Assembly (NCBI GenBank): GCA_016180815.1
Contig: JACPAN010000003.1
Location: 14,570 to 78,569, forward strand
DNA: 64,000 nt
Source: Elusimicrobiota bacterium
Lineage (GTDB): Bacteria > Elusimicrobiota > Elusimicrobia > JACQPE01
Direction of reading: 5' to 3'
The notes below the pieces were generated by a model, which saw nothing but the letters and a program-made list of their open reading frames with translations, ran no database searches and was not told where the DNA came from. Positions within the stretch are counted from its first letter, which is position 1; every line of letters starts with the position of its first letter. A program made the position numbers and the translations under genes. Shown piece after piece: positions 27,335-36,903 of the stretch.

Positions 27335-28339
27335 GTGCAATCGGTATTAACGCCGTTTCTGCTTGCGCTCTTGGCCGCTTATTTAGTCAATCCTTTAATC
27401 GCCATGTTTGAACATAAGGGCGTCCGGCGGCGCGTGGTGGTCGTGGCGTTTTATGCGTGCGTCGGATTGGCGGTGGGCATTTTGGCCGCGGCGCTGATTC
27501 CGCAGGCGGCCGTTGAAATCGAGGAATTGCAAACCCATTGGCCGGAGAAGGCCGCGGGTTTGAAAAAAATGAGCGACAATGCCCTTGATTATGCGCTTAA
27601 GCGCTGGCCGGCGGCCCGCGAAGTGGTTCCTATGATCGAAGAAAAGGCGCAGGCCTTCGCGGCGCATACCGCCGAATCCTTGCCGAACGTGGCTTCCGGG
27701 CTTCTTGGGTTTTTCTCTTTGCTTTTCCTCGTGCCGTTTATCGCGTTCTTTTTTCTTTCAGACGGGCCGCATATTCTTGAGAAAGTCCTGGCCGCCTGCC
27801 CCGGCCGCCATGTGGAGAAGGCGCTGCATGTGTTTTGCGCGATCAGCGAATCCATCGGCAATTATTTGAGGGCGATTTTCATCGAGGCCTCGATTATCGG
27901 GGCTTTGGCGACCGTCGGCCTTTATGTCTTGGGCATGGATTACGCGTTGACGTTGGGGGTATTGACGGGCATCAGCGGGTTGATTCCTTACATCGGACCT
28001 ATTATTGTGGGCGCCTTGGCCGCGGCTTTGACCGCGATTCAGTTTGAGTCTTTGGGCCCGGCGTTAAACGTGATTTTGCTGTTCGCCGGGTTGCGGTTTT
28101 TTGACGACTGGTTCATTCAGCCTTATATTATGGCCCGGGCCGTTCATCTGCATCCTGCGCTGCTCATTTTCGCGTTGATGTTCGGAGGGCATTTTTTCGG
28201 GCTGTTGGGGTTGATTCTGGCGGCCCCGGCGGCCTGCGTGTTAAGGGTGGTGTTCGGGGCCTTGGTTGAGTGGTATTTGACGGAATCAGGCTTAAAAAAA
28301 TCGCCCAGCATTATTCACGAAGAAATCGTGATTGTTTAA
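27335..28339 (+). CDS. AI-2E family transporter
   Basis: LTPFLLALLAAYLVNPL; IPYIGP; IQPYIM; LHPALLIFAL; GLLGLILAAP. Confidence 0.9.
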   Translation: MQSVLTPFLLALLAAYLVNPLIAMFEHKGVRRRVVVVAFYACVGLAVGILAAALIPQAAVEIEELQTHWPEKAAGLKKMSDNALDYALKRWPAAREVVPMIEEKAQAFAAHTAESLPNVASGLLGFFSLLFLVPFIAFFFLSDGPHILEKVLAACPGRHVEKALHVFCAISESIGNYLRAIFIEASIIGALATVGLYVLGMDYALTLGVLTGISGLIPYIGPIIVGALAAALTAIQFESLGPALNVILLFAGLRFFDDWFIQPYIMARAVHLHPALLIFALMFGGHFFGLLGLILAAPAACVLRVVFGALVEWYLTESGLKKSPSIIHEEIVIV

Positions 28340-28389
28340 GAAGGGACGCGACGCGCGCGGGCTTCGTTGCGGATTTTTTTGAGGTGTTC

Positions 28390-29574
28390 TTAGTTTTTGC
28401 CGTCGCTTAACGGTAGGGCGGCCGGGGTCTCGCCGGTCAGGCGCGTAACGGAGCTCGTATAGCGGCTTAAATTGGTCTGGGCCGTATCAAAGGCTTCCTG
28501 AGCTTTTCTGAGGCGTTCGCCCACCTCATCGAATCGGTTTTCGAAATGTTCAAAATGGTTCCGCGCCTTTCGGATATCTTCGATGGTTTGCTGGACCCCC
28601 TGGGCCATTTCATAGTAATCGTGGGCAATGGCGATGCTTTTGAGCGTCACGGCCAAGGTGTTGGGGGAAACCGGGAAAACTTTAAGTTTGGAGAGCTGTT
28701 CCCAAAGTTTGATATTTCTGATTACTTCAAAATACAGGGTCTCGCTCGGCAAGAACATCAAGGCCATGTCCATGGATCCTTCCTCAGGATGCACGTATTT
28801 GTCGTGAATCTGTTTGGCTTGTTCCTTGACCACACGGGCCAATTCCTGTCGCGCTGATTCGATTTGGGCCGGATCATTGGATTCGAAGAGCGGCAGAACC
28901 TGCTCCCTGGGGAATTTGCTGTCGATGGGCAGATAGGATTTGGGGAATTTGACGATGGCATCGGGACGCCGGTCGCCGGTGGCGCCTGTTTGAACTTCAT
29001 AGGTCCCGGCCGGCAGAAAATCAGCCAGCAGGCTCTCCAAGGTCATTTCCCCGAAGCTCCCGCGCAAATGCGGCAGTTTCAAGAGGGAATTCAGTTCGTT
29101 GATCGATGTTCCGACCGTATTTAAATTTTGCAGTTGCAGCTCGGCTTTGCGCAGATGCTCCACGACTTTTTCCGATTGCTGATGCCCGTCCTGAATGGTT
29201 TTATCGAGTTTTTCCTGGACCAGATCGCCGATGGCCAGCAGGCGGCGATCGACTTTTTCTCGGATTTCTTCAAGGCGTTTTTCCATGCCGTCGGCCATTT
29301 TCAAGAGCCGGGCTTCCTGGTCCTGGCGGCCGCGATCCAGTTGAGTATTTAAGCGTTCCGATATTTTTTGAAATTCATCCGCGAATTTTTCGGCGACAAG
29401 CTGTTTGGTTTCCCCGGAAGCCTGGACGATGCGTCCGGCCATATCGCTTTGAAGCTTGACGAGCCCGTCTTGAAGAGGGGCGATATCGGCGCGTTCCTGT
29501 TTTCTTAAAAAAAGCGCGATGGAAACGCCCAAGGCCAGTAAAACTCCGACGAGGATGAGGATTTCAAGGGCCAT
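28390..29574 (-). CDS. rmuC: DNA recombination protein RmuC
   Basis: N-terminal TM and coiled coil; RGSFGEMTLE, RPDAIVK, PIDSKFP, MFLPSE. Confidence 0.9.
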   Translation of the reverse strand: MALEILILVGVLLALGVSIALFLRKQERADIAPLQDGLVKLQSDMAGRIVQASGETKQLVAEKFADEFQKISERLNTQLDRGRQDQEARLLKMADGMEKRLEEIREKVDRRLLAIGDLVQEKLDKTIQDGHQQSEKVVEHLRKAELQLQNLNTVGTSINELNSLLKLPHLRGSFGEMTLESLLADFLPAGTYEVQTGATGDRRPDAIVKFPKSYLPIDSKFPREQVLPLFESNDPAQIESARQELARVVKEQAKQIHDKYVHPEEGSMDMALMFLPSETLYFEVIRNIKLWEQLSKLKVFPVSPNTLAVTLKSIAIAHDYYEMAQGVQQTIEDIRKARNHFEHFENRFDEVGERLRKAQEAFDTAQTNLSRYTSSVTRLTGETPAALPLSDGKN

Positions 29575-29602
29575 AAAACAATTATGCGATAATTCTTGCC
29601 CG

Positions 29603-30964
29603 ATGTCCGAGTGGAATTACCGAACTATTATCGAGCCCTTTAAAATCAAAATGGTGGAGCCCATCGCCTTTACCAACCGGGCTGAGCGGCAAAAATTGCT
29701 TGAAGGCGCGGGTTACAATTTGTTCCGCATCCCGGCGGATAAAGTCACCGTTGATTTATTGACGGATTCCGGAACCAGCGCCATGAGCGCGCTTCAGTGG
29801 TCGGCCCTGATGAAGGGGGATGAATCCTATGCCGGGGCCAGAAGCTTTTTTGTTTTCCAGGCGGTGGTCAAGCGGATTACGGGATTTGAGCATATCATCC
29901 CTACGCATCAGGGACGCGCGGCTGAGCGCATTTTATTTTCCGTCGCCGGCGGCAAGGGCAAAATCATTCCGGGCAACACTCATTTTGACACGACCCGCGC
30001 CAATATCGAGGCCACCGGAGCCCTGGCCGTGGATTTGCCCTGCGCCCAGGCCAAGGACGCGCAAAGCGAGTATCCGTTTAAAGGCAATATCGATTTGAAG
30101 GCGTTGGAGAAACTGTTGAAAACCAAGCGCCGGCGCATTCCCTTGGTGTTGATGACCTTGACCAATAACGCTTTGGGCGGGCAGCCGGTGTCCATGGATA
30201 ATTTGCGCAGAGTCCGGGAATTAACCAAAAAATACGGCGTCCCTTTGTTTATTGATGCCGCGCGCTTTTCCGAGAATTCTTATTTCATCAAGACGCGGGA
30301 ATCCGGCTGGGAGGGCACATCCGTGGAGGAAATCGCCAGGGGGATTTTTGCGTTGGCGGACGGCTGCTTGATGAGCGCCAAAAAAGACGCGTTCGCCAAT
30401 ATCGGCGGATTTTTGGCCTTAAACAACGAGGCCTGGGCCCAGCAATCCAGGAATTTGCTGATTTTAACCGAGGGCTTCCCGACCTATGGGGGCTTGGCTG
30501 GACGCGATTTGGAGGCCATGGCCCAGGGATTGCTGGAAGTCTTGGAAGAAGATTATTTAAAGTACCGCCTGCGTTCAACCGCTTATTTGGGCGAGGGCCT
30601 GATGAAGCTGGGCATTCCCATCATGCGTCCGGTGGGCGGCCATGCGGTTTATATTGACGCCCGGAAGTTTTTGCCGCATATCCCCAGGGATCAATTTCCC
30701 GGACAATCTTTGGTTGTCCAGCTTTACCTTGAGGCGGGCATACGCTCCTGCGAATTAGGCTCGCTGATGTTCGGCAAAGCCGCGAAAATGGAGCTGGTGC
30801 GCTTGGCCATCCCGCGCCGCGTCTATACTCAAAGCCATGTCGATTGGGTGATCGAGGTCTTCGACCGGATTCGGAGCAAGCGCAAACAATTCAGCGGCTA
30901 CCGGATCGTTGTCGAGCCCAAAGAACTCAGGCATTTCACCGCGCAGTTGGCTCCCGCGGCTTAA
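29603..30964 (+). CDS. tnaA: Tryptophanase (beta-eliminating lyase); likely start 29603
   Basis: EPFKIKMVEP, DLLTDSGT, THQGRAAE, MSAKKD PLP lysine, EGFPTYGGLAGRD, RLAIPRRVYT. Confidence 0.88.
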   Translation: MSEWNYRTIIEPFKIKMVEPIAFTNRAERQKLLEGAGYNLFRIPADKVTVDLLTDSGTSAMSALQWSALMKGDESYAGARSFFVFQAVVKRITGFEHIIPTHQGRAAERILFSVAGGKGKIIPGNTHFDTTRANIEATGALAVDLPCAQAKDAQSEYPFKGNIDLKALEKLLKTKRRRIPLVLMTLTNNALGGQPVSMDNLRRVRELTKKYGVPLFIDAARFSENSYFIKTRESGWEGTSVEEIARGIFALADGCLMSAKKDAFANIGGFLALNNEAWAQQSRNLLILTEGFPTYGGLAGRDLEAMAQGLLEVLEEDYLKYRLRSTAYLGEGLMKLGIPIMRPVGGHAVYIDARKFLPHIPRDQFPGQSLVVQLYLEAGIRSCELGSLMFGKAAKMELVRLAIPRRVYTQSHVDWVIEVFDRIRSKRKQFSGYRIVVEPKELRHFTAQLAPAA

Positions 30965-32648
30965 ATTGTCCGCTTTTAAGCGCTTCTAGAACCTGTTTGG
31001 CCTGATCAAGATGAGGATTAATGCCGACGGCCGTTTCCAAATAAACGATCGCTCTCTTGTAGTTCTTGCGATAAATTTCGATGCCGGCCAAGGACAAATG
31101 GGAATGATAAAACTGCGGGGCCATGGCAATGGCTTTTTTGAATTCTTCTTCGGCTAAGGCGATTTCTCCCAGGCTTGAGTAGGCGTTGGCCAGGTTGTGA
31201 TGGGTTTCCGGATGGGCGTCATTTAAGCGAACGGCTTCTTTATAGTACTCGATGGCCCTGCGTTCATCGCCTTTCTCCGAGACGGCCATGGCCAGATTGT
31301 TCCAAAGTTTGGCTGTTTCGGGTTCATAGCGCAGGCAATAGCTGAAATAAGTTTCCGAGTTCCGCCAAAAACGGTTTCGGTAAATCGTGGCCGCGCTCAG
31401 GACCGGGATGGCGCTGAGGGTTAAGGCCATCAACGTAGTTTTGGCGCGCGGCCAAGCGACGGTTGCGGCCGCCAAGGCGATGAACATGCCGAGGGAGGGG
31501 AAATAAAACCAGTGTTCCCAAAACAGCGCGTTGATTTTGGCGAGCAGATTGCTCATGGGCGCGTAGGCTGCGAAAAACCAGAATACGCCGAAGCTGATCC
31601 TGGGTTCTTTGTTGACGGCCCATGCGGCCAGGATCAAGAGGGCGCCCAGGCCGGCGGCCGATGCCAGCACCGGAGCGGACAACAACGACGCAAACACCGG
31701 CCAATTGCGCTCAGGGTGAAGCCCTATCGGCAAAATTAGAATTTTCAGGCCGTGGGCAAGAACGGTCATCAGCGTATAGAAACGATAAATCAAATTTTCC
31801 GTAAAAACATTGGAAGTTCCCTGATAAAAATTTAGGGTGTCGGCGAAATTAAACACGGTCAGGCGCAACAGCATGTACAAGCCGGCTAACGCCCAAAAGG
31901 GAAGGTGAAAAGAAAGCGCTTTAGCAATCGTCAAGGCTTCGGCTCGGTTTAGCCGCGCCAACGTCCAGTGCAGCCCCAAAATCAAAGCCGGCAACACAAT
32001 GGCGCTTTCTTTCGACAGCAAAGCCCCGGCAAAGGCCCCCAAGGCGCAGAACCAAAAAAGCCGCGGGCGCTGCTGCTGCCGGTCCAGGGAGCGGGCGAAC
32101 GCCCATAGCGAAGCCAAAAGCCAGGCTCCATGCAGGGGCGTGGCCGTGCCGTTGGCCATGGCAATGTCTTCCACTTGGATGGGATGCGCAACCCACAACA
32201 GCGCCATGCCCGCGATTTGCCAAAGCTTGAGTTCCGGGAAAAGGTCCTTGAGGAGAAGGAAGAGAAACAAACCCGAAGCCGCATGGCAGAGAATATTCAA
32301 GAAATGAAACGGCCAGGGGGTGATGCCGGCGGTGTGGGCGATGATCCCGTAAAGGCCCATTTGCACGGGGCGGTAATGATTGGTCATTTGCCCGAACCCG
32401 GCTTTGACGTTTTCAGTGAGCAGATTAGGGAAAAAACGCCAATCGCTCAAATAAACATTTTTGACGAACATGTGTTCGTCATCGCCGTAGATAAATTGAT
32501 GGCCTAATGTATTGGCGTAAAGAATGAAGGCAGCCAGGATGATGCACAGAGCATAGGGCAAGGGAAAAGCGGGGGAGATCGGGGACGCAGGAGGGGGCGG
32601 GGCTGTCGGTTGAACGGGAGCTAAATGCCGGTGTTTCTTTTTTGACAA
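30936..32648 (-). CDS. TMTC-like polytopic membrane glycosyltransferase with TPRs; TTG start 32648
   Basis: YGDDE, HYRPV, HPIQVE, SKESA; C-terminal TPRs; SD GGGAG before TTG. Confidence 0.75.
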   Translation of the reverse strand: MSKKKHRHLAPVQPTAPPPPASPISPAFPLPYALCIILAAFILYANTLGHQFIYGDDEHMFVKNVYLSDWRFFPNLLTENVKAGFGQMTNHYRPVQMGLYGIIAHTAGITPWPFHFLNILCHAASGLFLFLLLKDLFPELKLWQIAGMALLWVAHPIQVEDIAMANGTATPLHGAWLLASLWAFARSLDRQQQRPRLFWFCALGAFAGALLSKESAIVLPALILGLHWTLARLNRAEALTIAKALSFHLPFWALAGLYMLLRLTVFNFADTLNFYQGTSNVFTENLIYRFYTLMTVLAHGLKILILPIGLHPERNWPVFASLLSAPVLASAAGLGALLILAAWAVNKEPRISFGVFWFFAAYAPMSNLLAKINALFWEHWFYFPSLGMFIALAAATVAWPRAKTTLMALTLSAIPVLSAATIYRNRFWRNSETYFSYCLRYEPETAKLWNNLAMAVSEKGDERRAIEYYKEAVRLNDAHPETHHNLANAYSSLGEIALAEEEFKKAIAMAPQFYHSHLSLAGIEIYRKNYKRAIVYLETAVGINPHLDQAKQVLEALKSGQFKPREPTAR

Positions 32649-32686
32649 CTGTTCTCCCTTCCCATTTCCCGATTGACGAGCGCATT

Positions 32687-32758
32687 TGGCGACGGAAGGA
32701 ATCGAACCTTCGACATAGCGCTTATGAGACGCTCGCTCTACCACTGAGCTACGTCGCC
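32687..32758 (-). tRNA. tRNA with CAU anticodon, probably elongator Met (Ile2 not excluded)
   Basis: GGCGACG/CGTCGCC-A acceptor (G1-C72, so not initiator); AGCGT-CTCATAA-GCGCT; GGTTCGATTCC. Confidence 0.92.
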
Positions 32759-32824
32759 TCTCGTGTAATTTTAACAGTTTGCCCCGGTCCCCTATAGAGG
32801 CTCGGCGATTGATAGAATTTCCCA

Positions 32825-33727
32825 ATGCCGCCTAAAGTCGCCGTCATCGTTTTAAACTACAACGGCTCCCAGGACACCATCGATTGCCTGGAATCATTGA
32901 AAAAATCGGATTATCCGGACTTCGAAATTCTGATCGTGGATAATGCTTCGATTGATGATTCCCGGGCAACCCTGTCATCATGGGCGGCGGCCCAACCCTT
33001 CGGCGCTCCGGCCGCTGTTTTACTTGAGTCCACCGCGAACAAGGGCTATGCCGGGGGCAATAATATCGGGATTCGCCGGGCCCTTGAGCGCGGAGCGGAT
33101 TATGTGTGGGTTTTAAACAATGATACGGTCGTCGAAGGCAATACGCTGAGCGCGCTGGTCGCCGCGGCGCAAGAAAATCCTGCGATCGGTTTGGCCGGGG
33201 CCGCGCTTTATCATCACGATCAGCCCAAAAAACCCCAGGCCTTGGGCGGGGGCTTTATCAATCCATGGTTTGGAACCAGCCGCCATGAAACCAAAACCGG
33301 CGGCAAGCAATTGGATTACATCAACGGCGCTTCGATTTTGGCCCGCGCATCCATGATCCGGCAAATCGGCTTGCTGGATGAGCGGTTTTTTATTTATTGG
33401 GAGGATGCGGATTGGTCGCTGCGGGCAAGGCAGGCCGGATGGGCCTTGGCCTGGGTTCCCCAAGCGCGCGTCCGGCACAAAGTCGGCCGCACCGTGAATC
33501 GGGGCAATTTATTGGCCGACTATCATCATGCTTTGAGCGGGTTGCTGTTTTTCGACAAGCACGCCGGGCAGTTTTTTCCTTGGACACGCACGGCCTTTTT
33601 AACGGGCAAGCTGGCCAAGCGGCTTTTGTCGGCGCGATGGGATGCGTTGGAAGTCGTTTTATCGGCGGCTAGATTATTAAGAAGCGATGCGCTGCAAACG
33701 GCGGATCAAAATTTTGTTAAAAGCTGA
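32825..33727 (+). CDS. Glycosyltransferase family 2
   Basis: VIVLNYNG, VDNAS, NKGYAGGNN, LNNDT, FFIYWEDADW. Confidence 0.92.
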   Translation: MPPKVAVIVLNYNGSQDTIDCLESLKKSDYPDFEILIVDNASIDDSRATLSSWAAAQPFGAPAAVLLESTANKGYAGGNNIGIRRALERGADYVWVLNNDTVVEGNTLSALVAAAQENPAIGLAGAALYHHDQPKKPQALGGGFINPWFGTSRHETKTGGKQLDYINGASILARASMIRQIGLLDERFFIYWEDADWSLRARQAGWALAWVPQARVRHKVGRTVNRGNLLADYHHALSGLLFFDKHAGQFFPWTRTAFLTGKLAKRLLSARWDALEVVLSAARLLRSDALQTADQNFVKS

Positions 33728-33728
33728 T

Positions 33729-34352
33729 ATGCCTCAATCACGGTTAAACATCGTCGGAATCTGCGGAAGCCTTGAAGCCAAGGGCAATACCATGCAGGCG
33801 TTAAGGCTGGCCTTGGAAGGCGCGCGCTTATCGGGCGCGGATATCCAAGCCGTTGAATTGCGGGATTACGATTTGCCGTTGTTGAATTCTCCTTTCCGTC
33901 ATGCCAAAGGCGCCCAGCATGTGGCTAAGCTCAAGAATATTTGTAAAAAAGCCGACGGTATTATCGTGGCCACGCCGGAATACCACGGCAGTTGCTCCGG
34001 CGCTTTGAAAAACGCCCTCGATTGGATGGGTTTCGAGGAATTCGAGGGGAAGATGGCGGGCTTGGTGGGTTTGGCCGGCGGGGAGATGGGCGCCTTTAAC
34101 GCGCTTAGTCATTTGAGGACGATTTTTCGTCAGGTGCATGCCTGGGTTGTGCCGGGCCAAGTTTCCATCGCCAGGTCCCACCATGCGTTCGATCGAAACG
34201 GCCGTTTGCTTGACCCTAAATTGGGCCGGCGCCTGAAAAATTTGGGCGTTGAGGTGGCCAAATTTGCGCTTTTGCATAAACAGGGCAAATCCAACGATTT
34301 CCTTCGCCTTTGGGAAGGCTGCGTCGCCAATCCGGGCGGCGAGGGCCGATAG
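33729..34352 (+). CDS. NADPH-dependent FMN reductase
   Basis: GICGSL, ADGIIVATPEYHGS.SGALKNALDW, GGEMGA. Confidence 0.9.
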   Translation: MPQSRLNIVGICGSLEAKGNTMQALRLALEGARLSGADIQAVELRDYDLPLLNSPFRHAKGAQHVAKLKNICKKADGIIVATPEYHGSCSGALKNALDWMGFEEFEGKMAGLVGLAGGEMGAFNALSHLRTIFRQVHAWVVPGQVSIARSHHAFDRNGRLLDPKLGRRLKNLGVEVAKFALLHKQGKSNDFLRLWEGCVANPGGEGR

Positions 34353-34847
34353 CTGAAAATTTTTATTCTTTCCTTCGGACGCCTGAAAACATCCGGGCTG
34401 CGGGATGCGGCGGATTATTATTTGAGGCTGTCGCGGCCCTGGGTGACCCTCGAAGAAATTGAGATAAAGCCCCTCCCTGTTGCGGAAAAGTCGCCGGCCT
34501 CCAGGCGTTTGATTCAAGACGAGGAAGCCCGGCGCTTATTGAGCGAAATTACGAACAAGCTTCCGGAGAAGGCGCCTTTTTTTCTTATTGACGAGCGCGG
34601 CCGGGCTTTGAATTCCCGTCAGTGGTCGGAATTGATGGACGACTGGGAACGCTCCGGGTTGAAAGCCGTCGGCCTTTGTTTGGGCAGCAGTTTGGGTTTT
34701 TCCGCTTCCTTGAAGGAGAAAGCGAAGGCTGTTTTAAGCCTGGGGCCTCAGACCATGCCTCATGAGTTGGCCCGGGTGGTGCTCATGGAGCAAATCTACC
34801 GCGCCGCCGCCATTCTTAAAGGGCATCCATACCACAACGAAGGCTAA
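34353..34847 (+). CDS. rlmH: 23S rRNA m3Psi1915 methyltransferase; probable CTG start
   Basis: (M)KIFILSFGRLK N-terminus; IDERG; LSLGPQTMPHELARVVLMEQIYRA; GHPYHNE. Confidence 0.92.
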   Translation: MKIFILSFGRLKTSGLRDAADYYLRLSRPWVTLEEIEIKPLPVAEKSPASRRLIQDEEARRLLSEITNKLPEKAPFFLIDERGRALNSRQWSELMDDWERSGLKAVGLCLGSSLGFSASLKEKAKAVLSLGPQTMPHELARVVLMEQIYRAAAILKGHPYHNEG

Positions 34848-35740
34848 AAGAGCAGCAGTTTCATGCAGAAAACGCTGCCGCCTGATTTCATGAATTCCGA
34901 TGTTTCGGTTTCAATGATTTCAAAACCGAGTTTTTTCAATTCCCTGACCGTTTTCACGGCTCCCCGTTGAATAATCACCCAGCGTTCGTCGATAGCCAGG
35001 GCATTGCAGGCCATTTGCCCGACGGCTTCACCCGCGTCCACTTCGATTAATGCCGGGAAAACAGCGCTAAGAAGCTTGAGCCCTTGTTCGGTGAAGGCGG
35101 GGGGATGAATCAAGGCCGCCTCCCGGCTTAAAACAGCTAAACAGGTATCCAGATGATAAAACCGGGGGTTGGGCATCTCCAGCAGGCAAACCGATGCTCC
35201 CATGACTTGGGCGACCTCTGCGTAAGCCTCTTTGCGGGTGCGCTGACCCCAGCCGCCCCAAATCAGCCGTTTCCCGCTATGCCAGAGCGCGTCTCCCGTG
35301 CCTTCAAAGCAAATGTCCTTGGTCAGGGTCAGGGTCCGATAACCTTCTTGATCAAGCCGGCTTTTGACGAACGGCGTTTCCCGCCGGCGCGAGGGGTATT
35401 TCATGCGCCCCATCAGGGCGATTTTTTGGCCGTCGGCGCCAAGCCCTGGGAGGGCCTGATTGGCGCAAAACACCATATCTTCTAAATTTGGGGCTGCGGG
35501 CATGACGTGAACGGATTTGCCCAGTTTCTCTAAGATCGTTTTCATCTCATGCCATTGGCTTTTGGCTTTGTCTTTGTCGACTTTGCCGAGTTGGCCGGCC
35601 ATGAAAGGATTTTGGGCTTCCAGCACGTCAAAATAATCCGGCGGGCACATCAGAACGCCGCTGGGCTGAGGCATCGGACGAAGGTTCTCAAGAGGCCCCG
35701 CTAATTGAGCGGCGTCTTCGTGGCAGAGGGTTTCGGGCAT
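34844..35740 (-). CDS. Amidinotransferase/DDAH-superfamily guanidino-modifying enzyme
   Basis: LMCPPDYF, DMVFCAN, FEGTGD, YHLDTC, EFMKSGGSVFCM. Confidence 0.85.
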   Translation of the reverse strand: MPETLCHEDAAQLAGPLENLRPMPQPSGVLMCPPDYFDVLEAQNPFMAGQLGKVDKDKAKSQWHEMKTILEKLGKSVHVMPAAPNLEDMVFCANQALPGLGADGQKIALMGRMKYPSRRRETPFVKSRLDQEGYRTLTLTKDICFEGTGDALWHSGKRLIWGGWGQRTRKEAYAEVAQVMGASVCLLEMPNPRFYHLDTCLAVLSREAALIHPPAFTEQGLKLLSAVFPALIEVDAGEAVGQMACNALAIDERWVIIQRGAVKTVRELKKLGFEIIETETSEFMKSGGSVFCMKLLLF

Positions 35741-36210
35741 TATTGATTTTGTTGCAGCCGGCGCTGATGAGCTTCGTGATAGAGTTTTTTCTCCTGGGCT
35801 GTTTGCGGCTTGACCGCAGGGACCGGGGCCGGCCGGCCCTGGGCATCGACGGCCACGAACGTAACCAGGCATGAATTGGTCAGCCGGCGCCGGCCGCTAT
35901 TTAAATTTTCGGCGAAGACATTGACCCCGACTTGAATCGAGGTGCGGCCGGTATAATGAACCTGGGACTCCAAAATTACCAATTCGCCGATCTCGATCGG
36001 CACTTTAAAATCGACTTTATCCATGGATACCGTGACGCAATTGGCCGTGCCTGCGTGGCGGCAGGCCGCGACATAGGCCGCGTTGTCGATTAATTTTAAG
36101 ACGCTGCCGCCGAAGACCTTGCCCCTGGGGTTGGCGTCCTCGGGCAGCATCAGATTGGCCAGCGTTGTTTTTGATATTTTAGGCGGCCGCCCCGGCAGTG
36201 GTTTTTGCAT
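35740..36210 (-). CDS. Acyl-CoA thioesterase (hotdog, YciA-like)
   Basis: PEDANPRGKVFGG.VLKLID; VTFVAVD..GRP.PVP. Confidence 0.9.
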   Translation of the reverse strand: MQKPLPGRPPKISKTTLANLMLPEDANPRGKVFGGSVLKLIDNAAYVAACRHAGTANCVTVSMDKVDFKVPIEIGELVILESQVHYTGRTSIQVGVNVFAENLNSGRRRLTNSCLVTFVAVDAQGRPAPVPAVKPQTAQEKKLYHEAHQRRLQQNQ

Positions 36211-36240
36211 CGCCTTCGTTTTTTAGCAAAATAAACGGGA

Positions 36241-36903
36241 ATGCGTTTGTTGGAAAAGAAAAATGTCCGCCTAATCGCCTCCGGGCTGGTCCTTTCGGTT
36301 TTTTTTATCGCCTGCGTCAAGCTCGGCAGGAAGACCGAATGGGCCGCAGCCATGGCGTTGCCTGAAGGCCGCGTCCGCGGACCCATCGGCGCACCCATCA
36401 CCATTGAAGAGTTTTCCGATTTTCAGTGCCCGAGCTGCAAAAGAGCCCAGCCTGTTTTGCATGAGCTGATGTCGCTTTACCCCAATGACGTTAAATTGGT
36501 GTTCAAACATTTTCCCTTGGAGATGATGCACGCCTCGGCCCGGCTGGCGGCCAAAGCCACGGAGTGCGCGCGCCGAAAAAATAAGTTTTGGGAATACCAC
36601 GACACGCTCTTCGAGCGCCAGGAAGTCTGGTCGAAATCCCAGAATGTCCGCGACGATTTTTTGGTTTACGCCAAGGAACTTGCCTTAAACGAAGCAGAAT
36701 TCAACGGCTGCCTTGATGATGCCAAAATCAATCTTGCGGTCAGCGCGGACGCCGCCGAGGCTCAATCGCGGCAGGTCGAGTCAACGCCCACGTTTTTTCT
36801 CGAAGGCGTCCGTTTGGTGGGCGGCGGGCAGTTGAAGCAGCACGGGGCCAGATTGATCGAGGTTATGAAAAGTGAAAAAACTAAGGGAAAACGAAGGCCT
36901 TAA
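36241..36903 (+). CDS. DsbA-family thioredoxin-fold protein
   Basis: Membrane anchor; EEFSDFQCPSC; FKHFPL; STPTFF. Confidence 0.9.
   Translation: MRLLEKKNVRLIASGLVLSVFFIACVKLGRKTEWAAAMALPEGRVRGPIGAPITIEEFSDFQCPSCKRAQPVLHELMSLYPNDVKLVFKHFPLEMMHASARLAAKATECARRKNKFWEYHDTLFERQEVWSKSQNVRDDFLVYAKELALNEAEFNGCLDDAKINLAVSADAAEAQSRQVESTPTFFLEGVRLVGGGQLKQHGARLIEVMKSEKTKGKRRP

Noticed and set aside
32649-32825. N-terminal extension of the 629-aa TPR ORF
   Set aside because: Runs through the tRNA-Met gene; an SD and TTG at 32648 give a better start.
33828-34517. 229-aa antisense ORF
   Set aside because: Shadow of the FMN reductase and rlmH.
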